NCBI RefSeq assembly: GCF_050699935.1
Contig: NZ_JBOHGB010000021.1
Coordinates: 3,245-67,244 of the forward strand
Length of the DNA: 64,000 nt
Direction: 5' to 3'
DNA from: Actinophytocola sp.
Lineage (GTDB): Bacteria; Actinomycetota; Actinomycetes; Mycobacteriales; Pseudonocardiaceae
Shown: positions 28,669 through 41,164 of the stretch, piece after piece
Numbering within the stretch: position 1 is the first letter of the stretch
How the letters are laid out: each line of letters begins with the position of its first letter
Position numbers and translations under genes: made by a program
Notes under the pieces: model-generated
Told to the model about the DNA's origin: nothing
Databases searched by the model: none
The model's input: the letters and a program-made list of their open reading frames with translations, nothing else

Positions 28669-29319
28669 GTGAGTGTGGTGTACGACTGCGGCAAGGAACC
28701 CGACCGTGCGGACGGGCTGGCCGCCGCCGCGAGCGCGGTGCGGGCCGGTCGGCTCGTGGTCATGCCGACCGACACCGTGTACGGCATCGGGGCGGACGCG
28801 TTCTCCTCGACCGCGGTGAAGGCGTTGCTGGCGGCCAAGAACCGCGGCCCGGACATGCCGGTCGGCGTGCTCGTCGGCTCGTGGTCGACGATCGACGGCC
28901 TCGTGCTGTCCGTGCCGCAGCCGGCCCGGGCGCTGATCGAGGCGTTCTGGCCGGGCGACCTGTCGATCGTGTTGCCACACGCGCCGTCGCTGTCCTGGGA
29001 CCTCGGCCGCAGCCACGGCACCGTCATGATCCGGATGCCGCTGCACCCGGTGGCGATCGAGCTGCTCCGCGACGTCGGCCCGATGGCGGTGTCGAGCGCG
29101 AACCGCTCCGGGCACCCGCCGGCCGTGAACGCCGGCGAGGCACGTGATCAGCTCGGCGAGTCGGTCGCGGTCTACCTCGACGGCGGCCCGTCGGGGGAGC
29201 CGGTGCCCTCCACCATCGTCGACCTGTCCGGCGACGAGCCGGTCGTGGTGCGCGAGGGCGCGGTCAGCGTCGCCGCCGTGTCCGAGGTGATCGGCACCGA
29301 GGTCCGGACCGCCGGGTAA
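28669..29319 (+). CDS. tsaC: L-threonylcarbamoyladenylate synthase (YrdC/Sua5 family)
   Basis: Contains VVMPTDTVYGIGADAF...AKNRGPDMPVGVLV...FWPGDLSIVL...IRMPLHPVAIELL...MAVSSANRSGHPPA...PSTIVDL. Confidence 0.88.
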   Translation: MSVVYDCGKEPDRADGLAAAASAVRAGRLVVMPTDTVYGIGADAFSSTAVKALLAAKNRGPDMPVGVLVGSWSTIDGLVLSVPQPARALIEAFWPGDLSIVLPHAPSLSWDLGRSHGTVMIRMPLHPVAIELLRDVGPMAVSSANRSGHPPAVNAGEARDQLGESVAVYLDGGPSGEPVPSTIVDLSGDEPVVVREGAVSVAAVSEVIGTEVRTAG

Positions 29320-29387
29320 CCGGCGTGACGCTCGGCCGGTAGGGATACTGACGTACGGATTGTTCAACCCACGAAAGGAAGTCCTTG

Positions 29388-29564
29388 ATGCCGGTCGACA
29401 AGAAGCGTCGTTCGTTCCGCATGCTCGCCGTCCTGGCCGCGATGTTCGCCACGCTCGTGCTCGCCGCGTGCAACGACAGCGAGGGGGATGACGACGGTGA
29501 CGACGACGAGGACGACGAGGGCATGCGCGCCCGGCCGGCGGTTGTCCTGACCGTGGCCGGCTGA
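29388..29564 (+). CDS. small acidic lipoprotein (58 aa), below the ORF-track length cutoff
   Basis: ATG follows GAAAGGAAG. Sequence: MPVDKKRRSFRMLAVLAAMFATLVLAACNDSEGDDDGDDDEDDEGMRARPAVVLTVAG. It has a basic n-region, hydrophobic core and LAAC lipobox. Confidence 0.5.
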   Translation: MPVDKKRRSFRMLAVLAAMFATLVLAACNDSEGDDDGDDDEDDEGMRARPAVVLTVAG

Positions 29565-29654
29565 CGCCGGTCCGGAGCGTCGGACTCGCGGGTCTGGAGC
29601 GGTGGACGCGCGGTAGCCTGGCCCGACAACAGCGCCGAGAAGAGAGCTACTGGC

Positions 29655-30941
29655 TTGGACACGCCGTTCTGGGGCCCGGACTTCGACGCCCTGGCCAGCA
29701 CGGATCCCGAGATCGCCGATGTCGTGCTCGGCGAGCTCGAGCGCCTCAGGGGCGGGCTGCAGCTGATCGCCAGTGAGAACCTGACGAGCCCGGCCGTGCT
29801 CGCGGCGCTCGGATCGACACTGTCCAACAAGTACGCCGAGGGCTACCCGGGTCGGCGCTACTACGGCGGCTGCGGGCAGGTCGACGTCGCCGAGGAGATC
29901 GGCATCGCGCGCGCGAAGGAGCTGTTCGGCGCGGAGCACGCGAACCTCCAGCCGCACTCGGGGGCGAGCGCGAACCTCGCCGCGTACGCGGCGTTCTGCG
30001 AGCCGGATGACGTCGTGCTCGCGATGGACCTCAAGCAGGGCGGCCACCTCACGCACGGGTCGAAGGTCAACTTCTCCGGCAACTGGTTCCGCCCGGTCGC
30101 CTACGGCGTGCGCGCGGACACCGAGCTGATCGACTACGACCAGGTCCGCGACCTCGCCATCGCGCACGAGCCGCGGATGATCATCGCGGGGGCCACCGCG
30201 TACCCGAGGCTCGTCGACTTCGCGGCGTTCCGCTCGATCGCGGACGAGGTCGGCGCGATCCTGATGGTCGACGCCGCGCACTTCGTCGGGCTGGTGGCCG
30301 GCAGGGCGATCCCGTCCCCGGTGCCGTTCGCCGACGTCGTGACGTTCACCACCCACAAGGTTCTGCGCGGTCCGCGCGGAGGCATGATCCTCTGCCGTGC
30401 CGAGCACGCGAAGGCGGTCGACAAGGCGGTGTTCCCGTTCGGCCAGGGCGGCCCACTGATGCACGCCGTCGCCGCCAAGGCGGTCGCGCTCCGCGAGGCG
30501 GCCACCTCGGAGTACCAGGACTACGCGGCCCAGGTCGTGGCGAACGCCGTCGCGCTGGCCAAGGGGCTGGAGGCCGAGGGCATGCGCGCGGTGTCCGGCG
30601 GCACCGACACCCACCTCGCGCTGCTGGACGTGCGGCCGCTCGAGCTCACCGGCGCGGAGGCCGAGCGCCGCTGCGACGCCGCGCGCATCACGCTGAACAA
30701 GAACGCGATCCCGTTCGACCCGGCTCCGCCGGCCACCGCGTCCGGCATCCGGATCGGCTCGCCGTGCGTGACCACGCAGGGCATGACCGAGCCGGACATG
30801 GCCGAGATCGCCCGGCTGATCGGCCGCGCCGTGCGCACCGAGTCGGGCACCGGCAGCGGTGACGCCGAGCTCGCGGACGTGGCGGCCGCGGTAACCCGCC
30901 TCACCGCCGCCCACCCCGCGTACCCGAGGGGCGTCGGGTGA
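29655..30941 (+). CDS. glyA: serine hydroxymethyltransferase
   Basis: Contains [38 protein letters not shown]...[12 protein letters not shown] (PLP lysine region). TTG start as given by the ORF track. Confidence 0.93.
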   Translation: MDTPFWGPDFDALASTDPEIADVVLGELERLRGGLQLIASENLTSPAVLAALGSTLSNKYAEGYPGRRYYGGCGQVDVAEEIGIARAKELFGAEHANLQPHSGASANLAAYAAFCEPDDVVLAMDLKQGGHLTHGSKVNFSGNWFRPVAYGVRADTELIDYDQVRDLAIAHEPRMIIAGATAYPRLVDFAAFRSIADEVGAILMVDAAHFVGLVAGRAIPSPVPFADVVTFTTHKVLRGPRGGMILCRAEHAKAVDKAVFPFGQGGPLMHAVAAKAVALREAATSEYQDYAAQVVANAVALAKGLEAEGMRAVSGGTDTHLALLDVRPLELTGAEAERRCDAARITLNKNAIPFDPAPPATASGIRIGSPCVTTQGMTEPDMAEIARLIGRAVRTESGTGSGDAELADVAAAVTRLTAAHPAYPRGVG

Positions 30942-32092
30942 ACCTCGCGCAGGACTACCAGCCGGCCGGGCTCCCGATCAGGGAGTACATGCTGGTGGCG
31001 CTGACCACCGCGGTGGTGACGTTCCTGTGCACCGGCATGGTGCGGCGCCTCGCGATCCGCTGGGGCGCGGTCGCCCACCCCCGCCAGCGCGACGTGCATA
31101 CGGTGCCGATCCCGCGGCTGGGCGGACTCGCCATGTACGTCGGTGTGTGCGGCGGGATGTTCCTCGCCCACCAGTTGCCGGTGCTGCGCCGCGCGTTCGA
31201 GTACACCCTCGACCCGATGGCCGTGCTGATCGGCGGCGGGCTGATCGTGCTGGTCGGCATGCTCGACGACCGCTACGAGCTGGACTCGCTGACCAAGCTC
31301 GCCGGCCAGACCACGTGCGCGGGCATCCTGGTGCTGCTCGGCCTGCAGTGGGTCATCGTCTGGGTGCCGTGGGGCGCGGAGGACGGGCTCGGCTCGCGCC
31401 TGGTGCTCGACCAGAACCAGGGCGCGCTGATCACCGTGCTGCTCGTGGTCACCATGGTCAACGCGATGAACTTCGTGGACGGCCTGGACGGGCTCGCCGC
31501 CGGCATCGGGCTCATCTCGGCGACCGCGACGTGTGCCTTCTCACTCAACCTGCTCAAGCAGACCGGCGGCGACGTCAGCAACTACGCGCCGGCACTGATC
31601 GCGGCCACCCTCGCGGGCGCCTGCCTGGGCTTCCTGCCGCACAACTTCCAGCCGGCCAAGATCTTCATGGGCGACTCGGGCTCGATGCTGCTCGGGTTGA
31701 TGATGGCCGCCGCGACGACCTCGGCGTCCGGCCGGGTCGTCGAGTTCAACGCGAGCACGGCGATCGCCCTGCTCTCCCCGCTGCTGGTGGTCGCCGCGGT
31801 GCTGTTCGTGCCGCTGCTGGACCTGCTGATGGCGATCGTCCGGCGCACCCGCAAGGGGTTGAGCCCGTTCCACGCGGACAAGATGCACCTGCACCACCGG
31901 CTGCTGGAGATCGGCCACTCGCAGCGCCGGGCGGTCCTGCTGATCTACCTGTGGGCCGCCGTCCTGGCCTTCGGCGCTGTCGCGCTGACCCTTTTCGACA
32001 CGTTCGCGGTCGTCTGGGGGATGGGTATCGGGCTTCTCATCGCACTCGTCATCTCGGCCATCCCACGGCTGCGGGAGACCGGCAGATCCTGA
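30938..32092 (+). CDS. wecA: UDP-GlcNAc:undecaprenyl-phosphate GlcNAc-1-phosphate transferase (WecA/Rfe; MraY-WecA family)
   Basis: Polytopic membrane protein. Contains [41 protein letters not shown] and [11 protein letters not shown]. Located directly upstream of the atp operon, as in other actinobacteria. Confidence 0.85.
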   Translation: MNLAQDYQPAGLPIREYMLVALTTAVVTFLCTGMVRRLAIRWGAVAHPRQRDVHTVPIPRLGGLAMYVGVCGGMFLAHQLPVLRRAFEYTLDPMAVLIGGGLIVLVGMLDDRYELDSLTKLAGQTTCAGILVLLGLQWVIVWVPWGAEDGLGSRLVLDQNQGALITVLLVVTMVNAMNFVDGLDGLAAGIGLISATATCAFSLNLLKQTGGDVSNYAPALIAATLAGACLGFLPHNFQPAKIFMGDSGSMLLGLMMAAATTSASGRVVEFNASTAIALLSPLLVVAAVLFVPLLDLLMAIVRRTRKGLSPFHADKMHLHHRLLEIGHSQRRAVLLIYLWAAVLAFGAVALTLFDTFAVVWGMGIGLLIALVISAIPRLRETGRS

Positions 32093-32316
32093 CCTTGAAC
32101 ACCCCCGACTTCGCACCTCAGGCCGCCGAAAAGGGGGGGCGAATCGTGTGATAGCGTGCGATTCGTCCCCAAGGGAGGCATTGGGGACACGCCGGCCCGC
32201 GACGGCTGGATCCGCCAAGGGGCCTTGGCAGCACGACCGCCGTCGCTTCGACCGACAAGGAGCATGCGCATGAGTGATCATCACGTGCCTATAGCCGGCC
32301 GGTAGGCCTGGTCGTC

Positions 32317-32523
32317 GTGACACCAACGCCGCCCAGCCCCCGGGAGCTCCTCGGCGTCGGCTCCGCGATCGCCGTTCTGATCGCAGGCGGAATGTTGCTG
32401 GGTTGGTTCATCGACTCCAAGGCCAACACACTGCCGATATTCGCTCTTGTCGGTCTGGCGGTCGGAATCTCGACCGCATGTTTCTACGCGTATTTCAAGT
32501 TCCGGCGATTCATGAAGAATTGA
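32317..32523 (+). CDS. AtpZ/AtpI-family small membrane protein
   Basis: 68 aa with two TM helices (LGVGSAIAVLIAGGMLLGWFID; LPIFALVGLAVGISTACFYAYF). Lies at the head of the atp operon. Confidence 0.65.
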   Translation: MTPTPPSPRELLGVGSAIAVLIAGGMLLGWFIDSKANTLPIFALVGLAVGISTACFYAYFKFRRFMKN

Positions 32524-32538
32524 GGTCGAGGTTCAGTC

Positions 32539-32949
32539 GTGTCAGCCTTGCAAGCCGCGGCGGCCAACGTGCCGGCCGCGACCGTGGTGAACCTCCGGCG
32601 ACCGGTACTCATGGCCGCCGCGGTCGGTGCCGTCGGGCTGGTGGTGTGTGGCCTGCTCGGGCACATCGTGATGGGCATTCTCGGCGTGGTCGGCCTGGGT
32701 CTCGGGCTGCTCAACACGCGGCTGCTGCAGAAGTCCGTGGCCAAGGTCATCGCCAGCGATAACCCGAGCAAGAAGGCGGTCGGCTTCTCCTCCGTGCAGC
32801 GCCTGATCGCGATCACGGCGATCGCCGTCGCGCTCGGCATCTTCGTCCGGCCGGACGGCCTGGGCGTGTTCTTCGGGCTCGCGGTCTTCCAGGTGATCAT
32901 CATCGGCAACACGGCGATGCCGGTAATCAAGGAGCGGCGCACCTCATGA
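32539..32949 (+). CDS. atpI: ATP synthase protein I
   Basis: 136 aa hydrophobic protein immediately upstream of and overlapping atpB. Confidence 0.6.
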   Translation: MSALQAAAANVPAATVVNLRRPVLMAAAVGAVGLVVCGLLGHIVMGILGVVGLGLGLLNTRLLQKSVAKVIASDNPSKKAVGFSSVQRLIAITAIAVALGIFVRPDGLGVFFGLAVFQVIIIGNTAMPVIKERRTS

Positions 32950-33674
32950 GCGAAACCGTCCTCGCCGCCGAGACGATCGAGGTCGGCGTCCACTCGGAAT
33001 GGCACGTCTTCGGCATGACGCTGCACGCCGACACGATTCTCGGCACGCTCGTCGCGGCGGCCGTCGTGGTCGCCCTCGGGTTCTGGGTCCGCGCCAGGGT
33101 CACCGCGGGAGTGCCGAGCGGTCCGCAGCTGTTCTTCGAGGGGGTCACGAAGTTCCTGCGCGACCAGATCGAGACCAGCATCGGTGTGCGTACCGCCCCG
33201 TTCCTGGTCCCTCTGTCGATCGCCCTGTTCGTCTTCATCCTGGTCTGCAACTGGCTGGTCGTCCTGCCGCTGCACCACTACCTGCCGCCGCCGACCGCGG
33301 ACGTGAACCTGTGCTACCCGCTGGCCGTGATGGTGTTCATCTGGCGGCAGATCGCGGGTAGTCGCCGGCACGGCGGCGCGGGAGGGCAGTTCCTGCACAT
33401 AGCCAAGGGCCACAACCCCAAGCTCGCGCCGATGTGGATCCTCGAGGAGATCACCGGCGTCGTTTCGCATTCGCTGCGACTTTTCGGCAACATCTTCGCC
33501 GGCGGCGTGATGCTGAGCCTGTTCACGTTGATGCCCGCGTACATCATGTGGCTGCCTTCTGCCGGCTGGAAACTGTTCGACCTGTTCATCGGTCTGGTTC
33601 AGGCGTTCATCTTCGCCTTCCTGACCATCATCTACTTCAGCCAGTCGATGGAGGACCGGGAGGAAGCGCACTGA
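32946..33674 (+). CDS. atpB: F0F1 ATP synthase subunit a
   Basis: Contains LRLFGNIFAGGVML (essential Arg region) and multiple TM helices. Confidence 0.92.
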   Translation: MSETVLAAETIEVGVHSEWHVFGMTLHADTILGTLVAAAVVVALGFWVRARVTAGVPSGPQLFFEGVTKFLRDQIETSIGVRTAPFLVPLSIALFVFILVCNWLVVLPLHHYLPPPTADVNLCYPLAVMVFIWRQIAGSRRHGGAGGQFLHIAKGHNPKLAPMWILEEITGVVSHSLRLFGNIFAGGVMLSLFTLMPAYIMWLPSAGWKLFDLFIGLVQAFIFAFLTIIYFSQSMEDREEAH

Positions 33675-33740
33675 CCTTTCCGAATTCCCGACCGGTTCGT
33701 CCGTACACATTAGATCCGACCAGTACTTAGGAAAGATTAG

Positions 33741-34016
<276 letters not shown>

Positions 34017-34514
34017 ATGCCTGCCACGAGCGCGCTCTTTCTGGCGCAGGAAGAGGAGAAACCGAACTTCCTGCTGCCGAATGCCACCATCATCGTCGAA
34101 TCGCTGATCTTCGCGATCGTGCTGTTCGTGATGTGGCGGTTCGTCGTGCCACCCGTTCGCAAGGCCATGGCGGACCGCCGCGAGATGGTGCAACGGCAGG
34201 CCGACGAGAGCAAGAAGGCGGACGAGAAGTTCGCCGCTGCGGAGCAGCGGCACCGCGAGGCGCTGGCCGAGGCCCGGGCCGAGGCGGGCAAGATCCGCGA
34301 CACGGCGCGAGCCGAGGGCCAGAAGGTGCTCGACGAGCTGCGTGGGCAGGCCAGTGCCGAGGTGACGCGGCTGCGCCGCGCGGGCGACGAGCAGCTGGCG
34401 GCCCAGCGCGAGCAGGTCGTGCGCGACCTGGAGCCTCACGTGGCCGAGCTGTCGCGGACCCTGGCGAGCCGGATCGTCGGTGAGAACGTCGCTGCGGGTG
34501 GAAGGAAGCGCTGA
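34017..34514 (+). CDS. atpF: F0F1 ATP synthase subunit b
   Basis: N-terminal TM helix followed by a long charged coiled coil ([39 protein letters not shown]). Confidence 0.88.
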   Translation: MPATSALFLAQEEEKPNFLLPNATIIVESLIFAIVLFVMWRFVVPPVRKAMADRREMVQRQADESKKADEKFAAAEQRHREALAEARAEAGKIRDTARAEGQKVLDELRGQASAEVTRLRRAGDEQLAAQREQVVRDLEPHVAELSRTLASRIVGENVAAGGRKR

Positions 34515-35041
34515 TGGCTGAGTGGATCGGTGAGTTCGTCGGCTTCCTGGTCGTCCTGTGGGTGCTCTGGCGGTTCGTCGTGCCGCCGGTGCGCAAGATC
34601 ATGAAGGGCCAGCGGGAGACGGTCGGCAAGCAGGTCGAGGACGCCCAGAAGGCCACCGAGCGGCTGGCCGCCGCGGAGAAGCAGTACAGCGAGGCGCTCG
34701 CCGAGGCGCGCACCGAGGCGGCCAAGATCCGTGACGCGGCCCGCGCCGACGGGCAGCGCATCGTCGAGGAGATGCGGGCGGCGGCCGAGCGGGAGATCGA
34801 GCGGATCAGGCAGCGCGGCCAGGAGGATCTGGCCACCCAGCGCCAGCAGGTCATCCGCGAGCTGCGTACGCGCATCGGTCAGCTATCCGCCGACGCGGCG
34901 GCCGACCTGGTCAACGCGCACCTGTCGCGCGACACCAAGCGCAAGGCGACCGTCGACCGGTTCCTCGACGAGCTCGAGGCCATGTCCGCGCCGGACGACA
35001 CGGTCGGTGCCGCCGCGACCGCCACCAGGGGTGATGCGTGA
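34514..35041 (+). CDS. second b-type subunit (b') of F0F1 ATP synthase
   Basis: Same architecture and sequence pattern as atpF ([29 protein letters not shown]...[15 protein letters not shown]). Overlaps both neighbouring genes. Confidence 0.8.
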   Translation: MAEWIGEFVGFLVVLWVLWRFVVPPVRKIMKGQRETVGKQVEDAQKATERLAAAEKQYSEALAEARTEAAKIRDAARADGQRIVEEMRAAAEREIERIRQRGQEDLATQRQQVIRELRTRIGQLSADAAADLVNAHLSRDTKRKATVDRFLDELEAMSAPDDTVGAAATATRGDA

Positions 35042-35865
35042 TGGTGATGCAGGCCGCGAGCAGGGAAGCGCTGGCCACCGCCACGCTGCGGCTGGACGAG
35101 CGGATCGAGGGCACCGCCGCCGAGGGCGTGCGGGACCTGTCGACCGAACTGTTCGAGATCGCCGGCGTACTGGTCCGGGAGCGGGCGCTGCGGCGGCTGC
35201 TCGCCGACCCGGCGACCGCGCGGGCCGATCGGACCCGGTTGGCCGACACGGTGTTCGGCGGCAAGGTCTCCGGCGCCGCGCTGGAGACGTTCACCGGGCT
35301 GGCGACGGCCAGGTGGTCGCGGTCGATCGACCTGGTCGACGCGACCGAGGTGCTCGCCAGGCACGCGATGCTGGCGGTGGCCGCGCAGGACGGCTCGCTC
35401 GAGGACGTGGAGGACGAGCTGTTCCGGTTCGCCCGGGTCCTCGACTCCGAGACCCGGCTGCGGGAGCTGCTGGTCGACGACGCCCAGCCGGCCGACCGCC
35501 GCCTCGAGCTGCTCGACGGGCTGGTGGGCGGCAAGGTCCGGCCGGTCACACTGGCGCTGCTGCGGCAGTCGGTGCGGCTGCCGCGGGGTCGCTCGCTGGA
35601 GGCCGTGGTCAACGACCTGGCCGAGCTCGCCGCGGCGCGCCGGGAGCGATCGGTCGCGCGGGTCACCGCCGCCGTCCCGCTGACGGCCGCGCAGGAGCGG
35701 CGGCTCACCGACGCCCTGTCGAGGATGTACGGCCGGGCCGTCTCGGTGCAGGTGGAGCTCGACCCGGATCAGCTGGGCGGGCTCGTCATCCGGGTCGGTG
35801 ACGAAGTGATCGACGGCAGCGTCGCGACGCGGCTCGCGCGGGCCCGGCAGGAGCTGTCCGGCTGA
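35038..35865 (+). CDS. atpH: F0F1 ATP synthase subunit delta (OSCP), extended 275 aa form
   Basis: C-terminal [21 protein letters not shown] is the OSCP signature. Confidence 0.88.
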   Translation: MMVMQAASREALATATLRLDERIEGTAAEGVRDLSTELFEIAGVLVRERALRRLLADPATARADRTRLADTVFGGKVSGAALETFTGLATARWSRSIDLVDATEVLARHAMLAVAAQDGSLEDVEDELFRFARVLDSETRLRELLVDDAQPADRRLELLDGLVGGKVRPVTLALLRQSVRLPRGRSLEAVVNDLAELAAARRERSVARVTAAVPLTAAQERRLTDALSRMYGRAVSVQVELDPDQLGGLVIRVGDEVIDGSVATRLARARQELSG

Positions 35866-35928
35866 GTGCGGGTGCACTCCAGCCCCAAGAACCAAGTTGA
35901 GCAATCAGAGAGCAGGGACCAGAGAGCC

Positions 35929-37575
35929 ATGGCGGAGCTGACGATCTCCTCAGACGAGATCCGGAGCGCGATCGAAAACTACGTCTCCACCTTCTCGCCC
36001 GAGACCTCGCGCGAGGAGGTGGGCACCGTCACCCTGGCCGGGGACGGCATTGCCCGGGTCGAGGGCCTTCCATCGGCCGTCACCAGTGAGTTGCTCGAGT
36101 TCGAGGGCGGGGTGCTGGGCGTCGCGCAGAACCTCGACGTCCACGAGATCGGCGCGGTCATCCTCGGTAACTTCGAGAAGATCGAGGAGGGCCAGTCGGT
36201 CAAGCGGACCGGCCGGGTCCTCTCGGTGCCGGTGGGCGACGCCTTCCTCGGCCGCGTGGTGAACCCGCTCGGCGAGCCGGTGGACGGCCTCGGCGAGATC
36301 GCGGCCGACGAGCGCCGCGCACTCGAGCTGCAGGCGCCGAGCGTGATCAACCGGCAGCCGGTGAAGGAGCCGCTGCAGACCGGCATCAAGGCGATCGACT
36401 CGCAGACGCCGATCGGCCGCGGCCAGCGCCAGCTGATCATCGGTGACCGCAAGACCGGCAAGACCGCGGTCTGCGTCGACACGATCATGAACCAGAAGGA
36501 GAACTGGGAGTCCGGCGACGAGAAGCTGCAGGTGCGCTGCATCTACGTCGCGATCGGCCAGAAGGGCTCCACCATCGCCGGTGTCCGCCAGGCGCTCGAC
36601 GACGCCGGCGCGCTCGAGTACACGACGATCATCGCGGCGCCCGCGTCGGACTCGGCCGGCTTCAAGTGGCTCGCTCCCTACACCGGCTCGGCGCTGGGCC
36701 AGTACTGGATGTATCAGGGCAAGCACGTCCTGATCGTGTTCGACGACCTCACCAAGCAGGCCGAGGCCTACCGCGCGATCTCGCTGCTGCTGCGTCGCCC
36801 GCCGGGCCGCGAGGCGTTCCCCGGCGACGTGTTCTACCTGCACTCCCGCCTGCTGGAGCGCTGCGCGAAGCTGTCCGACGAGCTGGGCGGCGGCTCGATG
36901 ACCGGCCTGCCGATCATCGAGACCAAGGCCAACGACGTGTCGGCCTACATCCCGACCAACGTCATCTCGATCACCGACGGCCAGTGCTTCCTGGAGACTG
37001 ACCTGTTCAACCAGGGCGTCCGTCCGGCGATCAACGTCGGCATCTCGGTCTCCCGGGTGGGTGGTGCCGCGCAGATCAAGGCCATGCGCAAGGTGGCCGG
37101 CTCGCTGCGGCTGGACCTGTCCCAGTTCCGCGAGCTGGAGGCGTTCTCCGCGTTCGCCTCCGACCTCGACGCCGCGTCCCGCGCGCAGCTCGACCGCGGC
37201 GAGCGGCTGGTCGAGGTCCTCAAGCAGCCGCAGTACTCGCCGCTGCCGGCCGAGGAGCAGGTGGTGGCCATCTACGCCGGCACCCGGGGCCACCTCGACA
37301 CGGTCCCGGTCGGCGACGTGCGCCGGTTCGAGACCGAGCTGCTCGAGCACGTGCGTCACCACGAGGCCGGCGTGCTCGCGGAGATCCGCGACACCAAGGA
37401 CCTCTCCGACGACAACGAGGAGCGCCTGGTCAAGGCCATCAACGACGTCAAGCAGCAGTTCACCGCGTCCGACGGCAGCTCGGTGGTCAACGAGCCGGAG
37501 GCCGAGGCGCTGGACGAGAGCGAGATCGGCCGCGAGTCGGTCAAGGTCCGGCGCGCCGCACCGGCGCGGAAGTGA
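35929..37575 (+). CDS. atpA: F0F1 ATP synthase subunit alpha
   Basis: Contains [19 protein letters not shown] (Walker A), ...[11 protein letters not shown] and ...[11 protein letters not shown]. Confidence 0.95.
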   Translation: MAELTISSDEIRSAIENYVSTFSPETSREEVGTVTLAGDGIARVEGLPSAVTSELLEFEGGVLGVAQNLDVHEIGAVILGNFEKIEEGQSVKRTGRVLSVPVGDAFLGRVVNPLGEPVDGLGEIAADERRALELQAPSVINRQPVKEPLQTGIKAIDSQTPIGRGQRQLIIGDRKTGKTAVCVDTIMNQKENWESGDEKLQVRCIYVAIGQKGSTIAGVRQALDDAGALEYTTIIAAPASDSAGFKWLAPYTGSALGQYWMYQGKHVLIVFDDLTKQAEAYRAISLLLRRPPGREAFPGDVFYLHSRLLERCAKLSDELGGGSMTGLPIIETKANDVSAYIPTNVISITDGQCFLETDLFNQGVRPAINVGISVSRVGGAAQIKAMRKVAGSLRLDLSQFRELEAFSAFASDLDAASRAQLDRGERLVEVLKQPQYSPLPAEEQVVAIYAGTRGHLDTVPVGDVRRFETELLEHVRHHEAGVLAEIRDTKDLSDDNEERLVKAINDVKQQFTASDGSSVVNEPEAEALDESEIGRESVKVRRAAPARK

Positions 37576-37587
37576 CCGGGTAGACCC

Positions 37588-38538
37588 ATGGCTGCACAGG
37601 TACGCATCCTTCGTCGGCGGATCCGCGCGACCCAGTCGATGAGGAAGATCACCAAGGCGCAGGAGCTGATCGCCACCTCGCGCATCGCCAAGGCACAGGC
37701 GCGGGTGGAGTCGGCACGGCCGTACACCGACGGGATCATCGGTGTGGTCTCCGCGCTGGCCGAGACCGCCGCGCTGGATCACCCGCTGCTGGTCGAGCGG
37801 GAGAACCGCGACCTGGCCGCGGTGCTGGTGGTGACCAGCGACCGGGGACTGTGTGGCGGCTACAACGCCAACGTGCTGCGCAGGGCGGAGGAGCTGATGA
37901 CCCTGCTGCGCGAGCAGGGCAAGGAGCCGCTGCTGTACGTCATCGGCCGCAAGGGCCTCAGCTACTACAAGTTCCGCCAGCGCGCGATCGCCGGCTCGTG
38001 GACCGGTTTCTCCGAGCAGCCGAACTACCCGGCCGCCGCGGAGGCGGCGCGGACGCTGGTTTCCGCGTTCCTCGCCGGCACCGAGTACGCCGAGGACGAG
38101 TCGGCTCCGCTGGGCACCGGCGAGGGTGGTGAGCCGCTCAACGCGGACGAGATCCACATCGTCTACACCGAGTTCGCCAGCATGCTCACCCAGACCGCGG
38201 TGGCGCACCGGCTGGCGCCGATCGAGGTCGAGTACGGCGCGGAGGACGTCGGCCCGACGCCCTCGTACGAGTTCGAGCCGGATCCGGAGGAGCTGTTCGG
38301 GTCGCTGCTGCCGCGGTACCTGTCCGCCCGGGTGTGGGCGGCGCTGCTGGAGGCGGCGGCCTCGGAGTCCGCGTCCCGGCGGCGTGCGATGAAGGCCGCC
38401 ACGGACAACGCGAACGACCTCATCCGGGACCTGACCCTCGAAGCCAACCGGGCCCGCCAGGCCCAGATCACCCAGGAGATCAGCGAGATCGTCGGGGGCG
38501 TTGACGCGCTCGCGGCCGCCGCAGGAAGTGATGACTGA
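37588..38538 (+). CDS. atpG: F0F1 ATP synthase subunit gamma
   Basis: Contains [23 protein letters not shown]...[10 protein letters not shown]...[11 protein letters not shown]. Confidence 0.93.
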   Translation: MAAQVRILRRRIRATQSMRKITKAQELIATSRIAKAQARVESARPYTDGIIGVVSALAETAALDHPLLVERENRDLAAVLVVTSDRGLCGGYNANVLRRAEELMTLLREQGKEPLLYVIGRKGLSYYKFRQRAIAGSWTGFSEQPNYPAAAEAARTLVSAFLAGTEYAEDESAPLGTGEGGEPLNADEIHIVYTEFASMLTQTAVAHRLAPIEVEYGAEDVGPTPSYEFEPDPEELFGSLLPRYLSARVWAALLEAAASESASRRRAMKAATDNANDLIRDLTLEANRARQAQITQEISEIVGGVDALAAAAGSDD

Positions 38539-39984
<1,446 letters not shown>

Positions 39985-40026
39985 CGCCGGACGGTATCGA
40001 CCACCGCACCGAACGAGGAGACTCAC

Positions 40027-40395
40027 GTGGCTGACATGCGCGTCGAGCTGGTGGCGCCGGACCGGCTGCTCTGGTCCGGGCAGGCCACGTTCGTGTTCGC
40101 CCGGACCACCGCGGGCGAGATCGGCATCATGCCGCGGCACGTCCCGCTGGTCGCCGAGATCGTCGAGGGCGAGATGGTCCGGATCGACACGGTGGACGGT
40201 GAAGAGTTCCACGCCGCCGTCCACGGTGGCTTCCTCTCGGTCACCGAGGAGGGCGTGGCGATCCTGGCCGAGGGGGCCGAGCCCGCCGAGGAGATCGACG
40301 TCGACCAGGCGCAGCGCGACTTCCAGAGTGACGACGAGGAACTGCGGAGGAAGGCCCGGGCGCGACTGCGCGCGATGGGTCACTCGCCGGTCTGA
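40027..40395 (+). CDS. atpC: F0F1 ATP synthase subunit epsilon
   Basis: 122 aa: VELVAPDRLLWSGQATFVFARTTAGEIGIMPRHVPLV. Confidence 0.9.
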   Translation: MADMRVELVAPDRLLWSGQATFVFARTTAGEIGIMPRHVPLVAEIVEGEMVRIDTVDGEEFHAAVHGGFLSVTEEGVAILAEGAEPAEEIDVDQAQRDFQSDDEELRRKARARLRAMGHSPV

Positions 40396-40409
40396 CCGGC
40401 CTTCATCCA

Positions 40410-40446
40410 CGAGCGACGCCCCTGGCAATGGCCGGGGCGTCGCTCG
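40410..40446 (+). terminator. hairpin after atpC
   Basis: CGAGCGACGCCCC (40410-40422) pairs with GGGGCGTCGCTCG (40434-40446), an 11 nt loop, followed by TTGTGTCT. Confidence 0.6.
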
Positions 40447-40713
40447 TTGTGTCTACTTCGGACAACGAGCCTGGGTGACTGGTCTCACCCAGATGAAAAT
40501 CGGCCTGAGTGGTGACGTCGTCTCCAGACCAATTACACTGCGAAAGCCTCGGATCGATGCTCCGGACAAGGGAGGTACGGCGTGGCCGACATGTCTCTCC
40601 AGCTGACCGTGGTCGCGCCGAGTGGACGGATGAGCTTGTGTGCCAGAGTGATCCGCCGGCCCCGCGCCGCAGGGCAGATGGACTGAGGTCGGCGGGACGG
40701 GCAGGGACGGGCC

Positions 40714-41157
40714 GTGGACATCACCGTGATAACCGGAGCGGTCCTCTTCCTGGTCCTCGTCGTGCTGGGGTGGCTCACGGTGCGCAGGCTGCGCGCGCTG
40801 CGTTCGGGTGGCGTGCACACCGCGCTCCGCACCAGGCTGGACCCGTCGGGCAAGGGGTGGCACCTCGGGGTCGGCCGCTATCAGGGCGATGAGTTCGTCT
40901 GGTTCCGCGTGCTCAGTCTCCGGCTGGGCCCGGACCGCGTGATCCACCGCAGCGGCCTGGAGATCGCCGACCGCCGCGACCCGTCCGGCACCGAGCTGTA
41001 CGGCATGCCGCCGGGCTCGCGAGTGCTCCGCTTCTCCGACCTACATGCCTCGGCCGGCGAACCGGAGATCGAGATCGCCATGAGCCCGGACGCGCTCACG
41101 GGTTTCCTGTCCTGGCTCGAGTCCGCCCCGCCCGGCCGCCTCCCATGGGCGTCCTAG
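40714..41157 (+). CDS. DUF2550 family membrane protein (conserved downstream of atpC in actinobacteria)
   Basis: N-terminal TM helix, then ...GWHLGVGRYQGDEFVWFRVLSLRLGPD. Confidence 0.7.
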   Translation: MDITVITGAVLFLVLVVLGWLTVRRLRALRSGGVHTALRTRLDPSGKGWHLGVGRYQGDEFVWFRVLSLRLGPDRVIHRSGLEIADRRDPSGTELYGMPPGSRVLRFSDLHASAGEPEIEIAMSPDALTGFLSWLESAPPGRLPWAS

Positions 41158-41164
41158 GCACGGG

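Noticed and set aside
29565-29654. Possible ZTP (pfl) riboswitch in the glyA leader. CGGGTC...GCCTGGCCCG could pair like the pseudoknot.
   Set aside because: The region is too short. The P2 GGTGG...CCACC sub-domain, the linker and the conserved CCGCCTGGGC 3' box are not present. The similarity is limited to a few GC-rich nucleotides.
32093-32316. Inverted repeat GCGAATCG...CGATTCG and lower-GC sequence upstream of the atp operon, considered as a regulatory RNA.
   Set aside because: It is only a 7 bp stem and is compatible with an ordinary promoter or leader region. Nothing distinctive supports a call.
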